The notes below the pieces were generated by a model. That model did no database searches and was not told where the DNA came from. It saw only the letters and a list, made by a program, of their open reading frames with translations. From contig NW_025767390.1 in NCBI RefSeq assembly GCF_003918875.1, positions 992,001 to 1,056,000 on the forward strand: DNA of 64,000 bases, written 5' to 3'. Below are positions 39,142 to 52,265 of the stretch, one piece after another (positions within the stretch are counted from its first letter, which is position 1; each line of letters opens with the position of its first letter). The DNA comes from Haliotis rubra. Taxonomy: Eukaryota. The translations under genes were made by a program, and so were the position numbers.

Positions 39142-40289
39142 CCGTTCTGAACACTTTGAATGGTTTATGTTTCAAAGCAATTGATGCGAAGATAGTTCCT
39201 TCAAAAGTAATTCACATATTAAAAACATGTGATACAATTTCATATTGATTGATTGATAGAAGCGGGCCCATTCTACAACCCGTCTAGTTGAAGTTAGGGT
39301 CAAAGTCGTGTATTGTGCAAAAGAACATTTATTCCTGGAACTAGTGCCCTAAATCACCACAATCTGGTCCTTCACCGATACAGGGGCGCAACCCATGGCA
39401 AACAGGTTGCCCAATTCGATCGCCTTTTTACGACCAGTAATGGGGTGCTGAGTTCCTATTATAACTCGGGTCAGCATGGGGAAAGAGCTATTAGCTTTAC
39501 CCAGCACTCACCACGAGGGGCTGCTCTTCACGGATGCCCATTACCTTGAAAATATTATTTTTAAGCTATTTTATTACCATATGCGCTGATTGGTAAGATT
39601 TTGAAAAGATGAATATATCCGTGGACATTGTATGCTGAACTCTTTGACACTGTCTGTTATTGTTTGCCTTAGACATTGAAAACCATGAAGTTTCCCACTG
39701 GTGCCTATGGACTATAGTTTAAATACTGCAAGGTTATCTTCCTTACAATTATCCAGAATACCATGTCAACTTGTCTGCGAGAAGAGACAAATATCACGAT
39801 GCTAGCCCGTGTAGAATCAGTTACAAGTTGTCCTCAGGAAACCAAGAGATTTCGTTGATGGACGTCATCATATCCCAATTGCGTGAATGGATGATCATGG
39901 TGTTAATCACAGGAATGTCCGGTTCAGACTCGAGTATTTACAGCCAACCGCCATGACGCTGACGTTTAACAAACAATCAAAACCACAAACAAACAAAATA
40001 AAACAGTATTTATTGTCAAAGAAACCAAGGAGGCCGTTTTGAAAAAGGTAGAATAGAACTCGTTAGGGTGGCTCAGCATGAGTATCACAATCATATTGAC
40101 ATGTATTTAATCAATAGTTGTATCATTAATAGTCTTAAAGTTAGCTTTGGGTGCACATGATTTAAAGCATAGTGTCTTATGATTATGAATTGGTTTTACA
40201 CCCAAATATATTTTCCAATATGAACACGTCTGAGAAATATACCCCACATCCTAGAAACCTGCATTACCTTACATGGTAAGACCACACGT

Positions 40290-41150
40290 GAACATGTCAA
40301 CTAACTCTCAAGAAGCACCAGGTCTTTGATGAGATGTTTGACATATGCTTTTCCTTCGATAGACTGAATCTCTCATTATCACTGCATTAAAATAGCCTCT
40401 GCAAAAATAACATCTCGTCGATTTTGTAGAAGAGTATATCTTTGAGTACACGCACCTCTTGCGATCGACCATCTTGATGAAAGGTCTCAAATACCACAAA
40501 GTACACTGGGAATTAATTTGATGTGTAGAATCCCCAGAGGAGTGAGATGGCGTGAGAATGTTTTTATCTCATATATATCTGGTGATAAGTAAGCAAAAGG
40601 GAGGTCGTGTCCGATCCTATTGAGTGTAAAATGACGTGCAAATAATCCAGGACGAGAGTTTGCGCGATCTTTTTTTATGTCTACCAAATGATCTACTTAT
40701 GGTAAAGTGACGTGACGACCCCATGTGATGTGGGTAAGGGTTACTGAACCCTCAAAGTTTTTAGAACAAACTACCCCAAATCAAGTTGTTTCCCATGTCT
40801 ATGCGAGCGTGTAAATAATAAAACATAAAAGAACTAGATATTCGATGGTGATGAAACAAAATAAGTTACATGCATTATATGAATGATTTCTATTTCAGTG
40901 TCTTATATTTAATAAAGTGATTACTCTAAAGTTCTGTTAAAATGTGAAATCTCACAGACTATAGGGTCATGAATGATCGTCTATCAACCACAATATCCAC
41001 TTTCGCCATAAACAATTTCTTGGAGTTCCCTGTTGGCGTGACCCTCATTGTGAATGGGGATCATTTAGAAGGGTTAAATCATGCATTAACTCATCAACTA
41101 CCTCTTGATGCAATGGGTCATAAGTATGACTTAAACAATTCTCAAGAGTA
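40290..41150 (-). pseudogene. Inverted copy of paralog Q
   Basis: ORFs 40308-40499 and 40487-40687 match 1470-1898. Confidence 0.6.
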
Positions 41151-41634
41151 TATTTGTTTTCTCATAATTTATACCATTTACGCTCTTTGAAACTGTTTAT
41201 GAATACGGCCTCTTGTTTAAACCTGGACTCAACTGTAAATGAAATAGGATTATCATGTTATGCTCTAACGGTAGGCTAGCTATTACTCATCCATCCCTTA
41301 ATTTAATTTCAGGATCATACCTTGATTGATTTCATTTGTACTTCATTCACAAATATGAAAGGGATTGGGGACAAGTTTCCAACTCAAAATACCCGCTCGA
41401 TGAAACTTAACACCGCTGCTCATAATCAATGGATTCTGTATTGAATATTAGTTGTGGAATATTCGAAATCGTAAACTGTCTTTGTATAATAATCCAGATC
41501 AGTTGAATGATATGACATGGAAGAAGCGTACAGTATGGTGCGGTACGGTATGGTATGGTATCGAAGAACTTGACTTTGTGGTTCAACATGACTGTCAATC
41601 CTTTCCGACTTTATGTCTCAGCTATGACTGGTTA

Positions 41635-43250
41635 AACGATCGCTTGTCTATTCCACAAAAGCAAGTGGAAACTAAGGGGAGCGCTATACTTAGAATCGTC
41701 GTGGTTTGTAGCAACTGCCTTTTATTAGCATGAATATATATTTGATTTGCTTGTTTCTAGAATCATACAGAGAAAGGTCATGCTATATTTTTGACAGTTT
41801 TACTACCAGCCGTCAAGAAGGTTGCAATACCAGAAAGAAAATATACACGAAATGCTGGTGATTCGTCAAAAATACATGTATTCCCATGTATCACCCCTTT
41901 TACTATTGATTGTGTGTAATGCCGAAATATTGGAAACATGCATGCGATAAGATAAAATCATCTGTGTCCTGTTGAATGAACACGAAAATGGAATTGAAAA
42001 TTTTCATCAGAGCACTGAATAGCTGGAATGCCTTAGACTGAAAATGTGTCATAAACCATATATAGATGAAATGATGATATGGCAGTACAAAATTCTCATT
42101 GTTTTAAAAAACATGATGGCAAGTACTGAGAGCCAAGTGTCCGTCTACTTTGAAGCGTAACGATCTGGCAGGTTGATGGCGTCGCAGATGAAACGTCAGA
42201 AAGCGTCTGTAACCTCATCACGCACACATGTAGTCTGCATCATAGCCTAAATATGTCCAGTTAAGATTCCATGCTAGAATTGATCTTCAGAAAGCATTGC
42301 TTGTCGAAAGTGACATCTAGTGAGTGTGCGAGTGTGTGTTTGTGTCAGCGGGTACGCTGGATGTGGTGCCGCCGTGTTCCAGTTATATCACGGAACATCA
42401 GGTTAATATGTCAGGAAAGTCATGAAGGTCTAATCGGTAAGGCGAAGTCCAAGAGCAGGACTATGTCGCCGACAGAACTAAGACCATAATTGGTGCAAAA
42501 CATCTATGAGCTTTCCTACTCGCCTCGGGGTACAAGTTCCAGCTGTTCTTCACGTATTAAGATAGAACAATGTGAAATAGATTAATAAATTTGATCTGGG
42601 ACATTTGACTAAAAGGGCATTCAACACAAGGAAAAAATCTGATATTATGTTGATGGAAAAGAAAGAGATAATCTTTTCCCAGGTCTTACTGGTTATAATT
42701 GAGGTGTTGATTTGAAGGAAAGGCATCAGTGATACTTCTTGGTCCACGAGTGAACTGACTGATTACAAGAAGGTTGGAAAACCGTAGTAGCGCTGGCGCT
42801 CGTAAATGTCTTCCTGTCATTTGTATTTCATCACAGAGTTACAATGCCTTTTTCTGATGTAATCGTGTCCTCGCAAATCTCTGCCTTCCGCAATCCCACA
42901 GTTAGAACAAATGAGTCAAAGAAAGTGTTTTTCTCTCTCTCTCGAGCATTGTCACGACCTAGCATAATGCATGTCCCTCAAAGAGAAACTTCAACTGAGA
43001 CCAAACGGATCTAAATATACAAGGCTTTAATCACTAGCAGCTGCAGTTCGGAAAGGGTAAAATAAATAACGAAAATCGGAGATCTGTGGTGGAAGTGAGT
43101 GACAGAATGGAAGGGACATTGATAAATACAGCACGTGGTGGGATTATGGAGACTGTCCCTACAATGGTCCACATCTTTAGCCATTAGCCTCAACATTTGA
43201 TACCGGCATGGCAAAACATGTTTACCCTTTTTGTGAACACATAGTGTCAT
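41635..43250 (-). pseudogene. Inverted copy of paralog P
   Basis: ORFs 43011-43250 (DSLHNPTTCCIYQCPF) and 42550-42747 (INTSIITSKTWEKII). Confidence 0.62.
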
Positions 43251-43279
43251 CAGTTACTTTTAGTGATCGATCCATGTGA

Positions 43280-44200
43280 TTTCCACTACTAGTTTGCCTT
43301 ATTTTTCTCCTGGAATCTATTTTGGAGGATTATCAAGACTCGTTACTCCTTGGTGTTGACGTATATGCACAAAATATAAAATGTCATTGAAAAATACCGT
43401 CGTCGCGGATGTGTCTTTACATGAAAATCATGACCAGTGCAAACAATGAAATGACTGATTAGGGTTTAACATTATACGGCAGAGAACTATTACAGTGGGG
43501 CAGCTAAATGTTGAATGAAAGCCATAACAACACACGCCGCACACGTACACCACGTTGGGGAAACCCACAATGATGTCGTGGCGAGACGGAAATATATCAA
43601 CACCTGAACAGCAATCTGGCATGACATAGTAACTTGAACAGTTCGTGACTTCCCGGCATTACTGTTTCACATTCTCTTTTTGAACCAGAGCTTCCATGAT
43701 ATCCCAGTAATGTCTGGTATTGCGGATTGGTCTCCTCTTTGTGAGTTTTACAGTTATGACTTGTCAGCTCACTGTTGTAGCAAAACACAAAAAGATGCTG
43801 CTTGCAATCATTTATCAATTCGACGCTCATACGGATCAGATTCAGGACGAATAAAAGAAATCGTCGAGTAAGGGAATCCTTACACGTAATGTTTGGTATG
43901 CAAAGCAAAGCCAATATATATTTAGGTATACCATTGATGCTGAACGTATCAAACTTAATTGTCCCTTTACGAACGGACCTTCGATTATCTCAAACTTGTG
44001 AACGTTATTGGTATTGATATTTCTAAGTGATTTGAATATTAGCTTCGCTATTTTTTTCGCAGTGTTTTCCGTTGTAATGATCTGTTGGTCATAAATGCAT
44101 TTTAGATACGAAATTCCCTCTGCTGACCATGAGTTCATGAAGTTCCCTCTGAAACAAGTCCATACACCTTCGTTGGAATGTTTTTGGTGCGTCTGTTCTT
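43280..44200 (-). pseudogene. Inverted copy of segment 15300-16180
   Basis: ORFs 43428-43622 and 43597-43914. Reverse-complement similarity to 15300-16180. Confidence 0.45.
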
Positions 44201-44246
44201 TCTTGCATTTGCTTCTTCATCAATTGTTCTACTTGTGTTGTTCGTA

Positions 44247-44505
44247 AGTGAGTGAGTTAAGATTTTAAGTCACATCGGCAATATTTCAGCCATATCGTGA
44301 CTAAAAACAAGTTAGAATTTCATAATAAATATAGGTAAATTAAAAAACTCTGTCAACGAAGGACAGTAAAATAGCTAGTTTATCACAGATTTCAATTTAA
44401 AACTAGTAATGAACTATAAGAAAGTTTAACTATATATGACAATACAATATAAACACAGGCTATACATTGCCAACGGCTGAAGGTAGATCACCATACTAGG
44501 GACTT
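44247..44505 (-). mobile_element. Retroelement 3' end, same family as 1221
   Basis: TSD tgtt(g/c)ttcgtaag. Confidence 0.8.
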
Positions 44506-44599
44506 TGTTCTTCGTAAGGAAAGTAGTATTTCAATCTGAATGTTAACTATGTACTAGAACAACATAACAATACAATGAAATTACACAACCACTATTAAC

Positions 44600-45350
44600 T
44601 ACGACCAGTGGGGCATTAATTGTACAGTTTTTAATAAAAAAGCTGTTTACAAACGTTAGGGTTGTTCCAATAAACAGTAAACTAAGGTGTATACTTGCAT
44701 GTAAGGAGAGGGATTCCTATTAGTCCTGTTTTAATTTTCTGTAGTGTGTTGCAGTGATATTGTAAATATGAAAAAGGTGATTCACCCCATTAGGATATGC
44801 TTCAGTGTCAAAATCCCTGGCATGATCAAATGGTTATTCAATCGCTTTTCTCAAACTTTTGATACCTCTTCAAACATTAAGTAATTTACTAATTTAATGG
44901 CAGAAATAACTGACAGTCTGTCTATGAGTTATTCATCCTCGTCCGTAAATGTTTCACATTTTTACTCCAATTGTAGAGTTGCAAGGTTCAACTGTGTGCA
45001 GGAGATTCTGACCACGATATTTGTCCCCGAAATGGTCACCTGTCCCAAAATTATTGAATGGTCTTCTTTTCACAAAGCACGTGGATCAACCAATGAAACC
45101 AACGAGCAGGTTTGGTTATGTAAAGCAATATTTGTTGGGGAATTGGCAAAAACTGTCGATTTCGCAAGAAGCGCATGTCAGAATGAAATTATGTTTTTTA
45201 TAGTTGTCCCTAATAACTCAGAGATTAGTCATCCCTCAAGCCAAACCAGATTAGATGAGTTCTATTTTAAGCAATCTACCATATTCATTTGGTTGTGACC
45301 TTTTATTTGTCAGAGGATATAGGACTTATTTGGATCGCTGATTACATTCT
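44600..45350 (-). pseudogene. Inverted, longer copy of segment 13620-14040
   Basis: Reads DNYKKHNFILTCASCEIDSFCQF...PFNNFGTGDHFGDKYRGQNLLHTVEPC...DHARDFDTEAYPNGVNHLFHIY, with stops. Confidence 0.45.
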
Positions 45351-45686
45351 ATAAGTAAATGTGTGTGTGAGTGGGTTTACTTTGGCACGTCCTTCTGCAG
45401 TTTTCAAATATATATCACCGCGTGCCAGCAAAACGAAAACGGAAGCGAGAGGCTAGACACATTTCAGGCGTTTAGCACTTTGGTGAAACCCAGAAGCACA
45501 GGTGCGGTGTAGACAAACTTGGAGCATAGTCATACTGAAATGAGAATTCACAGGTTTCTGGCTTACTGAAGGGATGCAACTCTGCCCAGCAAATCGCGGC
45601 GCCTCATGCCCCATTAATCATATAAAGGCCAGATTGAGCAGTCATTTAACTTTGTATGTCTCACTATAAAGCGTTTGGCTCAAAAG

Positions 45687-46208
45687 CGGACCGATGAATT
45701 GCAATCTAACTCGAAAACTACTAAACATATAATACTCAATGAAACACTGATCATAATCAAAACATCAGACCAACTCTGTGATTTTTTCGCAGAATTTATG
45801 TCCAAACAAGAAAAAAAGTTGTTTAACAAACTATCATTAAAATTTTGACAAAGTTCACGATTTGTTACGAGTGAGGACTGCTAAAAGAGGAACAGCCAGG
45901 TGTACAGCACGTGCACAAGTGCCGACAAAGTTATTGAATCATTTACCTGTGCTGTACTGTCTGAATCATTTCTCACACACCTGGCTGTTCCTTTCTCTGC
46001 ACCCCTCCCTTGTAACAAATAGTGAACTGTGTCAAGCGTTCAATGATAGTTTGGTATTTGTTATAAACAACGTTTTCAATTTTAGGACATAAATTTTGCC
46101 AAAAAAATCACAGAATTGGTCTTATATTTTGATTATGATCAGCGTCAGCGTTTCATCGAGTATTATATGTTTAGTAGTTTTCGAGTTAAATTGCAATTCA
46201 TCGGTCCG
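45687..46208. mobile_element. Foldback/MITE-like element with long inverted arms
   Basis: 45687-45803 is the reverse complement of 46085-46208; inner arms gaggaacagccaggtgt / acacctggctgttcct. Confidence 0.8.
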
Positions 46209-46602
46209 ATTTAATCATTAATATTGTCATTGGGGTTTATGCCTAAACGTAATGGTCTTTTTGCTCAATGCAATTACCTTTCGGTGGGCTACCCACAACG
46301 ACTTTGTAATGTGTCCAGCGTCATTCGCTTACTGATAAAACACAAGCATCATCATTCAAATCAATCCATTTGATAACTGTAATTACCTTCATACTTAAGT
46401 GTCTATCCGTTCTGTAATTGTTCAAGATGGTTGTCCCAGGCACAGCGTCTTATCGAAACGAAGACACTCATAACCTACTTTCTCCTCTATTAACTCGACT
46501 GATTGTCATTGATCTCGTCTTACCTACACATAGTCTTAAGAAGAGTCTTAAGAAGGTAATTTGTCCGTGATTCTCAGGTTTCAAATGCTAAAAGACTGAG
46601 GC

Positions 46603-46878
46603 AAGACATAACAAGACAATCGTTTATTGTATTTTAGGGCACCGGCCCTTATACAAGAGAGTTACATACAGAGCTGCAATACATGTTGTAGGGATATACA
46701 TTAGAGCATTATTAATTGTAAGTGCTCGTTACGACGAATCACATAAGTATGTTTAACACAGAGAACCAGATTACGTAGGGTGGAATCATTATTAGTTTTT
46801 AATAAAATGGTAAAAGCTATCAGTGATGGTTTCGATGGATAACGTTCTGGGATATACTTATAACGTAAATCTTCATAA
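46603..46878 (-). mobile_element. Non-LTR retrotransposon 3' fragment
   Basis: Minus strand reads YEDLRYKYIP...LRNL, followed by AATAAA and a short-repeat tail. aggc is duplicated, and the empty site gactgaggctaaaatg is at ~34480. Confidence 0.6.
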
Positions 46879-47106
46879 AAGGCTAAAATGTTACATTCTT
46901 TAATTACATTATAAAAGAAAGTTCTATTACATAATTGTAATTTAGATTAAAGTATAAACTTTCAAACAATAGAACCATGGATATTGCTGTTTGCCCACAG
47001 CATGTGTCTATAGTTTGCATAGACTACATACAATGTAATCATTAGTGAGAGGAAACATTCCTCAGCGTGGTACTCGGTTTACATATAGTTACTAACGTGC
47101 CAAAGA

Positions 47107-47385
47107 GTGAATGAGTGAGTAAAAAAAGTTAAAGTCACATCGGCAGTATTGCCTCCATATCGTGACTATGAAAGACTATGTAACTTTGTAAATGAATGCA
47201 TGAAATAAAAACAAATTTATATACTTACCTGTCTGCAAAGGACAAACAAAATAACTAGTCTATCACAGATTTATATTTAAAACTAGCATATAACCTTAAA
47301 ACACTGTTTAACGGTACAATATAAAAATGGGCTATAGCTTGCCAACTACTGAAGGCAGATCACCATAATAGGGACCATGGGGTCG
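47107..47385 (-). mobile_element. Retroelement 3' end, same family as 1221
   Basis: gtgagt...aagtcacatcggc...gatcaccataatagggaccatgggg. Confidence 0.75.
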
Positions 47386-47799
47386 TCCCAAGGTACACAC
47401 CGATAAAGTGTTGATACGTAGCACTTACATACGTACAGCTTCATACTCTCGCAGTAAATTTCACGTTACACATGAAATCAAACACGCTTCGTTTTTCGTG
47501 GAACCGCTTAGGTTACAAGTAATTGACTTAAAGGAATGGCTTGCGGTTATAAAGAAAAGTTAATGTTCCGGCATTTGTGGAAATGAGTAGTGATTTAAGA
47601 GTTATAGGAGTAGAAACAGGTAATAGGATTAAAGTCACGAACAGTTTTCAATACAAGATAATAAACCCTTCACATGTATGACATCGGCCTTGCGGTCTAG
47701 TGAATAGAGAGTTTCTCATGACAGCAGAAGTATCTCTGAAATCTCCACGCCATACTAACTTTCCTTGAAGGATGGTACTTTTGTCTTACAGAACATGGC

Positions 47800-49200
47800 G
47801 TCCGACAAGGCAAAGCAAAGACTTGTAAGTTTGGAGCCAGTATAATGTGCAGTATTCATATAAAACAGAGGCATGGTATGTTATTCTGACAAACTATAAA
47901 ACGACGAAGTTGCGATCTCGTATAAACAGCTACAAACATACATGTAGTCGTGAATGCTCTTCGCTTTGCAAGTGCATTTATCTTGAACACAACGTTCAGT
48001 CCAATTTCAAATCACCTCACACATATATTACTTATGCGTGTTTAATTGACAAACATGTGGCCTTATCATAAGACAGGAACACATACTATGTTACAAGCTG
48101 TGTCACCATATCTAATACAAATTTGCCTGCCTCTTTGGACCATTACCGAAAGGGTTTATAAATTAGAACATTGGTTTCCCGTCTTAGTAAAACTTTCGAA
48201 TCAAACACATATACAATATTTCATCAGCTTGTAGATAACATACTTACCTCAAAGATATAATGAAATTTACACTGGTGATGTTTCGTCATCTACATGAATC
48301 AAACGCACATTTCACGCGATAAAATTAAAATGAAATGACTATAGCCTGAAACAAGACTATAGCCTCAAATCTGAACAAGACAATCCAATGAAGTATCTTG
48401 GCAATTATCCACGCATATGATGATAACACGTAACTAACAGGGCCTCTGAATAAGACCAGACCGCCTCCGTGGTGTAGTGGTTAGAGCGCCCGCCCGGAGA
48501 GCGGAAGGTCGCGGGTTCGATCCCCAACCGCGTCATACCAAAAGACGTTAAAATATGGTACTTGTTGGTCCCTGTCTGGCGCTCGGCATTAATGGGTACA
48601 ACAAGGACTGGTCGGCTCGGAGTCAGTATAATGTGTCTGAGTGGGGTATTCATGTTTCACGGGGCATGGTATCTAAGTGGGCTAGCACTATAAAACCAGC
48701 TTAAGTCTGGGCTAGTACAAGCAGCCGCACATACACATACACACGCATGCACGTCGTCATATGAGCGAAATATTCTCAAGCACGACGTTAAACCCAATTT
48801 CACCTCACCTCACCTCACCTGAATCAGACCATGCTTTCCATCTGGTGTCCTCCCGCTATCCCCGATGGGGTCTCTGTGTTATGAATTAAAAATGATGAAC
48901 CTGTCTGTCCGTCGTTGGCATATAGTCTCACTTGTATGAAATGTTTCTCATATCTACATGCCAGCCGAAGTTATTCGTTGTTTGCTGTTTAACGCAGCAC
49001 AGCCGCCATATAGCTGGGATATTGCTGAGTGCGGCGTAAAACTAAACTCACTCACTAACGCAGCACACAGCAATATTCAAATGATATGACGGCGGCCTGT
49101 AAATAATCAGGCAACGACAAGGCAATTAAGTGATGACATCATGAGCACTCTAACAATACTGAAACTGAGGTATGTAAACAGAAATCGACCAGTTGACTCC
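47800..49200 (-). pseudogene. Inverted copy of paralog Y, split by SINEs
   Basis: Reverse-complement match to 10350-11470. Confidence 0.5.
48459..48818 (+). mobile_element. tRNA-derived SINE with V-domain-like core
   Basis: A box tggtgtagtgg, B box gggttcgatccc, core gtcataccaaaagacg..., (CACCT)n tail. TSD ctgaat(a/c)agacca at 48446-58 and 48819-31; empty sites at ~10835 and ~36265. Confidence 0.92.
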
Positions 49201-49216
49201 TTAACGGGGAAGGCCA

Positions 49217-49530
49217 TGTAACAAAATCCATCTTTTCTTTCTTGAGTTAACGCCCCAACAAGCTTATTTGATGTATGAAATGCAACGAAAAACAAACACC
49301 CGCGTATTTACGAGTGATTAAAACTGTTATTACAATTTACGTAGATATTTATTACATTTTACCGCAACGGAAATTATTACAATTTACGTCAATTTATATT
49401 ACAATTTGCGTATTACAATTTACGTCAATTTTTATTACAATTTACGTTTTTATTACAATTTACGTCAAATTTATTACAATTTGCTGCAAGTATTACACTT
49501 TGCGTTTTCATTACAATTTACGTCGTAACA
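49217..49530. mobile_element. TGT...ACA-terminated insertion with 5-bp TSD and internal ~20-bp repeats
   Basis: ggcca is duplicated at 49212-16 and 49531-35; empty site at ~36780; ttattacaatttacgt repeats at 49320-49525. Confidence 0.75.
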
Positions 49531-50822
49531 GGCCATGTCTTAATCTTACTCCAACCGCTGGACAAGAACATGCAAGTGCAAATAAAAGCTGTGTTGATTC
49601 AGTTCAGTTTTGGTTAAATGGCAACTGTCGGCCTCCATAGTGAGGCGATATCAGAAACTGTTTGAGCTTGGCACTTCAAGGTGTTTGTTGTGAGCGGTTG
49701 ACATATGTAGTATTCATCCATGTTTTTTTAGTCTTTTTTAGCTTCGTTGCAACTATGGAATGGTTCTGCCGCTTCTATTTTTCACAGTTGGCGTGCTTCA
49801 GTCGAATAACTGTTTGACTTCGACATTGAGTTATACTGCATCTTTGTGCTAAATGGCCAAAACTGAGTAAAGCGCAGTCATCAACTTCTTCACCTTAGAG
49901 GATCACACATCAAAGAATATTGATTGACGACCGCATACTGTTTAAAGGAAGGTGGCCTTCAGCACAACCTGCCGTGTTTTTCAAGTTGGATTTTTGTATC
50001 AGTGGATAAGTCAGTGGGCTCAGTTTTACGTAGCTATTAGCAATATGTTAGACACAAGATATGGGCTTCGGCCATAGCATTCATTTCAAGACATGTCGTC
50101 TGCTTGATGAACTTGTCAGGACGTATGAGGTTTGTCTTTGTAATAATACTGACTCTGACATGATCCATAACTGAGCATTCAATTAGTGCTTTATCGGTTT
50201 TCCATAAAAAATGTACACATTGTAGCATATGTTTGAGGTCACGTCTTAGCCATCTAAAATCAGCGGGCCCTTGGACCCAAATTAAAAGTGGATCCAATTA
50301 GCGTGGCAATGACTGAATCCAGTTGATATTGCATATATTCTTGTAACCTACTTCCTGAAACACTAGATCCACATTCTGGTGGCTGTTTCCGACTTATGTC
50401 TAGACATTGCTATTAGTGTATCGTGCGAAAGTGAGACATTATTTGTCTAATGAATGATATCATTAACGGCTACATAGGTGATAACTGCGCATTGGATGGA
50501 CACGTCACCTGCTGAAGAAATCATTTCGGTCACAGATGTTGCGGTCACAGATTACGTCTATAAAAGAAATCAGCCCAGTTTGGGGCGTCATTGAGCTATG
50601 ACTATGTATTTAAGATGATTTAGGTGAAAAAAAGATGGTATTTGTAAAACCATGTCAGTAATTTCAGCATTTTCAGAATACATCTTTAGGCTAATAATTG
50701 TTCGTCAGTTGAGCTGTCATACAATCCGTTTTTGGAGGAACACGTCAAACATGATAGGATTTGCAATTGTCAACAAAGGGTGTACAGTGATGAAGGGAAA
50801 CACATACGGTTGTACGAATGAC

Positions 50823-52265
50823 AAGGAGAACACGTTGTTATGACTGTGATGGGGTCAAGGACAACACGTTGTTATGGCTGTGAAGGGGTTAAGGACAACA
50901 CGTTGTTATGACTGTGATGGGGTCAAGGACAACACGTTGTTATGTCTGTGATGGGGTTAAGGACAACACGTTGTTATGACTGTGATTGGGTAAAGGACAA
51001 CACGTTGTTCTGGCTGTGAAGGGGTTAAAGACAACACGTTGTTATGACTGCGATGGGGTCAAGCACAACACGTTGTTATGGCTGTGAAGGGGTTAAGGAC
51101 AACACGTTGTTATGACTGTGATGGGGTCAAGGACAACACGTTGTTCTGGCTGTGGGGGGTTAAAGACAACACGTTGTTATGACTGTGATGTTGTCGAGGA
51201 CAACACGTTGTTATGACTGTGATGTGGTAAAGGACAACACGTTGTTATGGCTGTGAAGAAGTTAAGGACAACACGTTGCTATGACGGTGATGGGGTCAAG
51301 GACAACACGTTGTTATGGCTGTGAAGGGGTTAAAGACAACACGATGTTATGACTGTGATGGGGTCAAGGACAACACGTTGTTATGTCTGTGATGGGGTTA
51401 AAGACAACACGTTGTTATGTCTGTGATGGGGTCAAGGACAACACGTTGTTATGGCTGTGATGGTTATAAGGGCAACACGTTGTTATGACTGCGATGGTGA
51501 TAAGGACAACACGTTGTTATGGCTGTGATGGTGACAAGGACAACACGTTGTTATGGCTGTGATGGTGACAAGGACAACACGTTGTTATGGCTGTGATGGT
51601 GACAAGGACAACACGTTGTTATGGCTGTGATGGTGATAAGGACAACACGTTGTTATGGCTGTGATGGTGATAAGGACAACACGTTGTTATGACTGTGATG
51701 GGGTCAAGGACAACACGTTGTTATGGCTGTGATAGTGATAAGGACAACACGTTGTTGTGACTGTGATGTGGTTAAGGACAACACGTTGCTATGACTGCGG
51801 TTGGGTCATGGACAACACGTTGTATGACCGTGAAGGTCATAAGGACAACACGTTGTTATGACTGTGATGGGGTCAAGGAAAACACGTTGTTATGACTGTG
51901 ATGGTCATATTGACGAAACGTTGCTATGACTGCGATTGGGTTAAGGAGTGAGTGAGTTTAGTTTCACTCAGCAATATTCCAGCTATGTGGCGGCGGTCTG
52001 TAAATAATCGAGTATGGACCAGACAATCAAGTGATCAACAGCTGCGCAATTGTGGACCGATGACATGTGTCAACCAAGTCAGCGAGCCTGACCACCCGAT
52101 CTCGTTTGTCGACAAGCATGGGTTACTGAAGATCAAGGGTAATGGGGTTGTTATGACTGCGATGGGGTTAAGGTCAACACGTTGTTATGACTGTGGTGGG
52201 GTCAAGGACAACACGTTGTTATGACTGTGGTGGGGTCAAGGTCAACACGTTGTTATGACTGTGAT
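50823..52265 (-). repeat. 34-bp minisatellite, about 37 units, inverted paralog of 7402-8838
   Basis: Unit aaggacaacacgttgttatgactgtgatggggtc, with a SINE insertion at 51947. Confidence 0.98.
51947..52135 (-). mobile_element. SINE-like repeat inserted into the minisatellite
   Basis: Family sequence interrupts the 34-bp units. Confidence 0.85.

Noticed and set aside
44897-45298. 133-aa + strand ORF as a real gene
   Set aside because: Differences from the paralog at 13731-13982 fall mainly at its first codon positions, so it is likely the in-phase antisense of the real frame.
48459-48530. tRNA gene (also 58611, 18238, 57540, 59330)
   Set aside because: The tRNA-like heads continue into SINE bodies with tails and TSDs.
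50823-52265. Repeated CxxCxG (RCYDCDG) zinc-finger-like peptide on the + strand
   Set aside because: The 34-bp unit is not a multiple of 3 and other frames contain stops. The flanking gene reads on the opposite strand.
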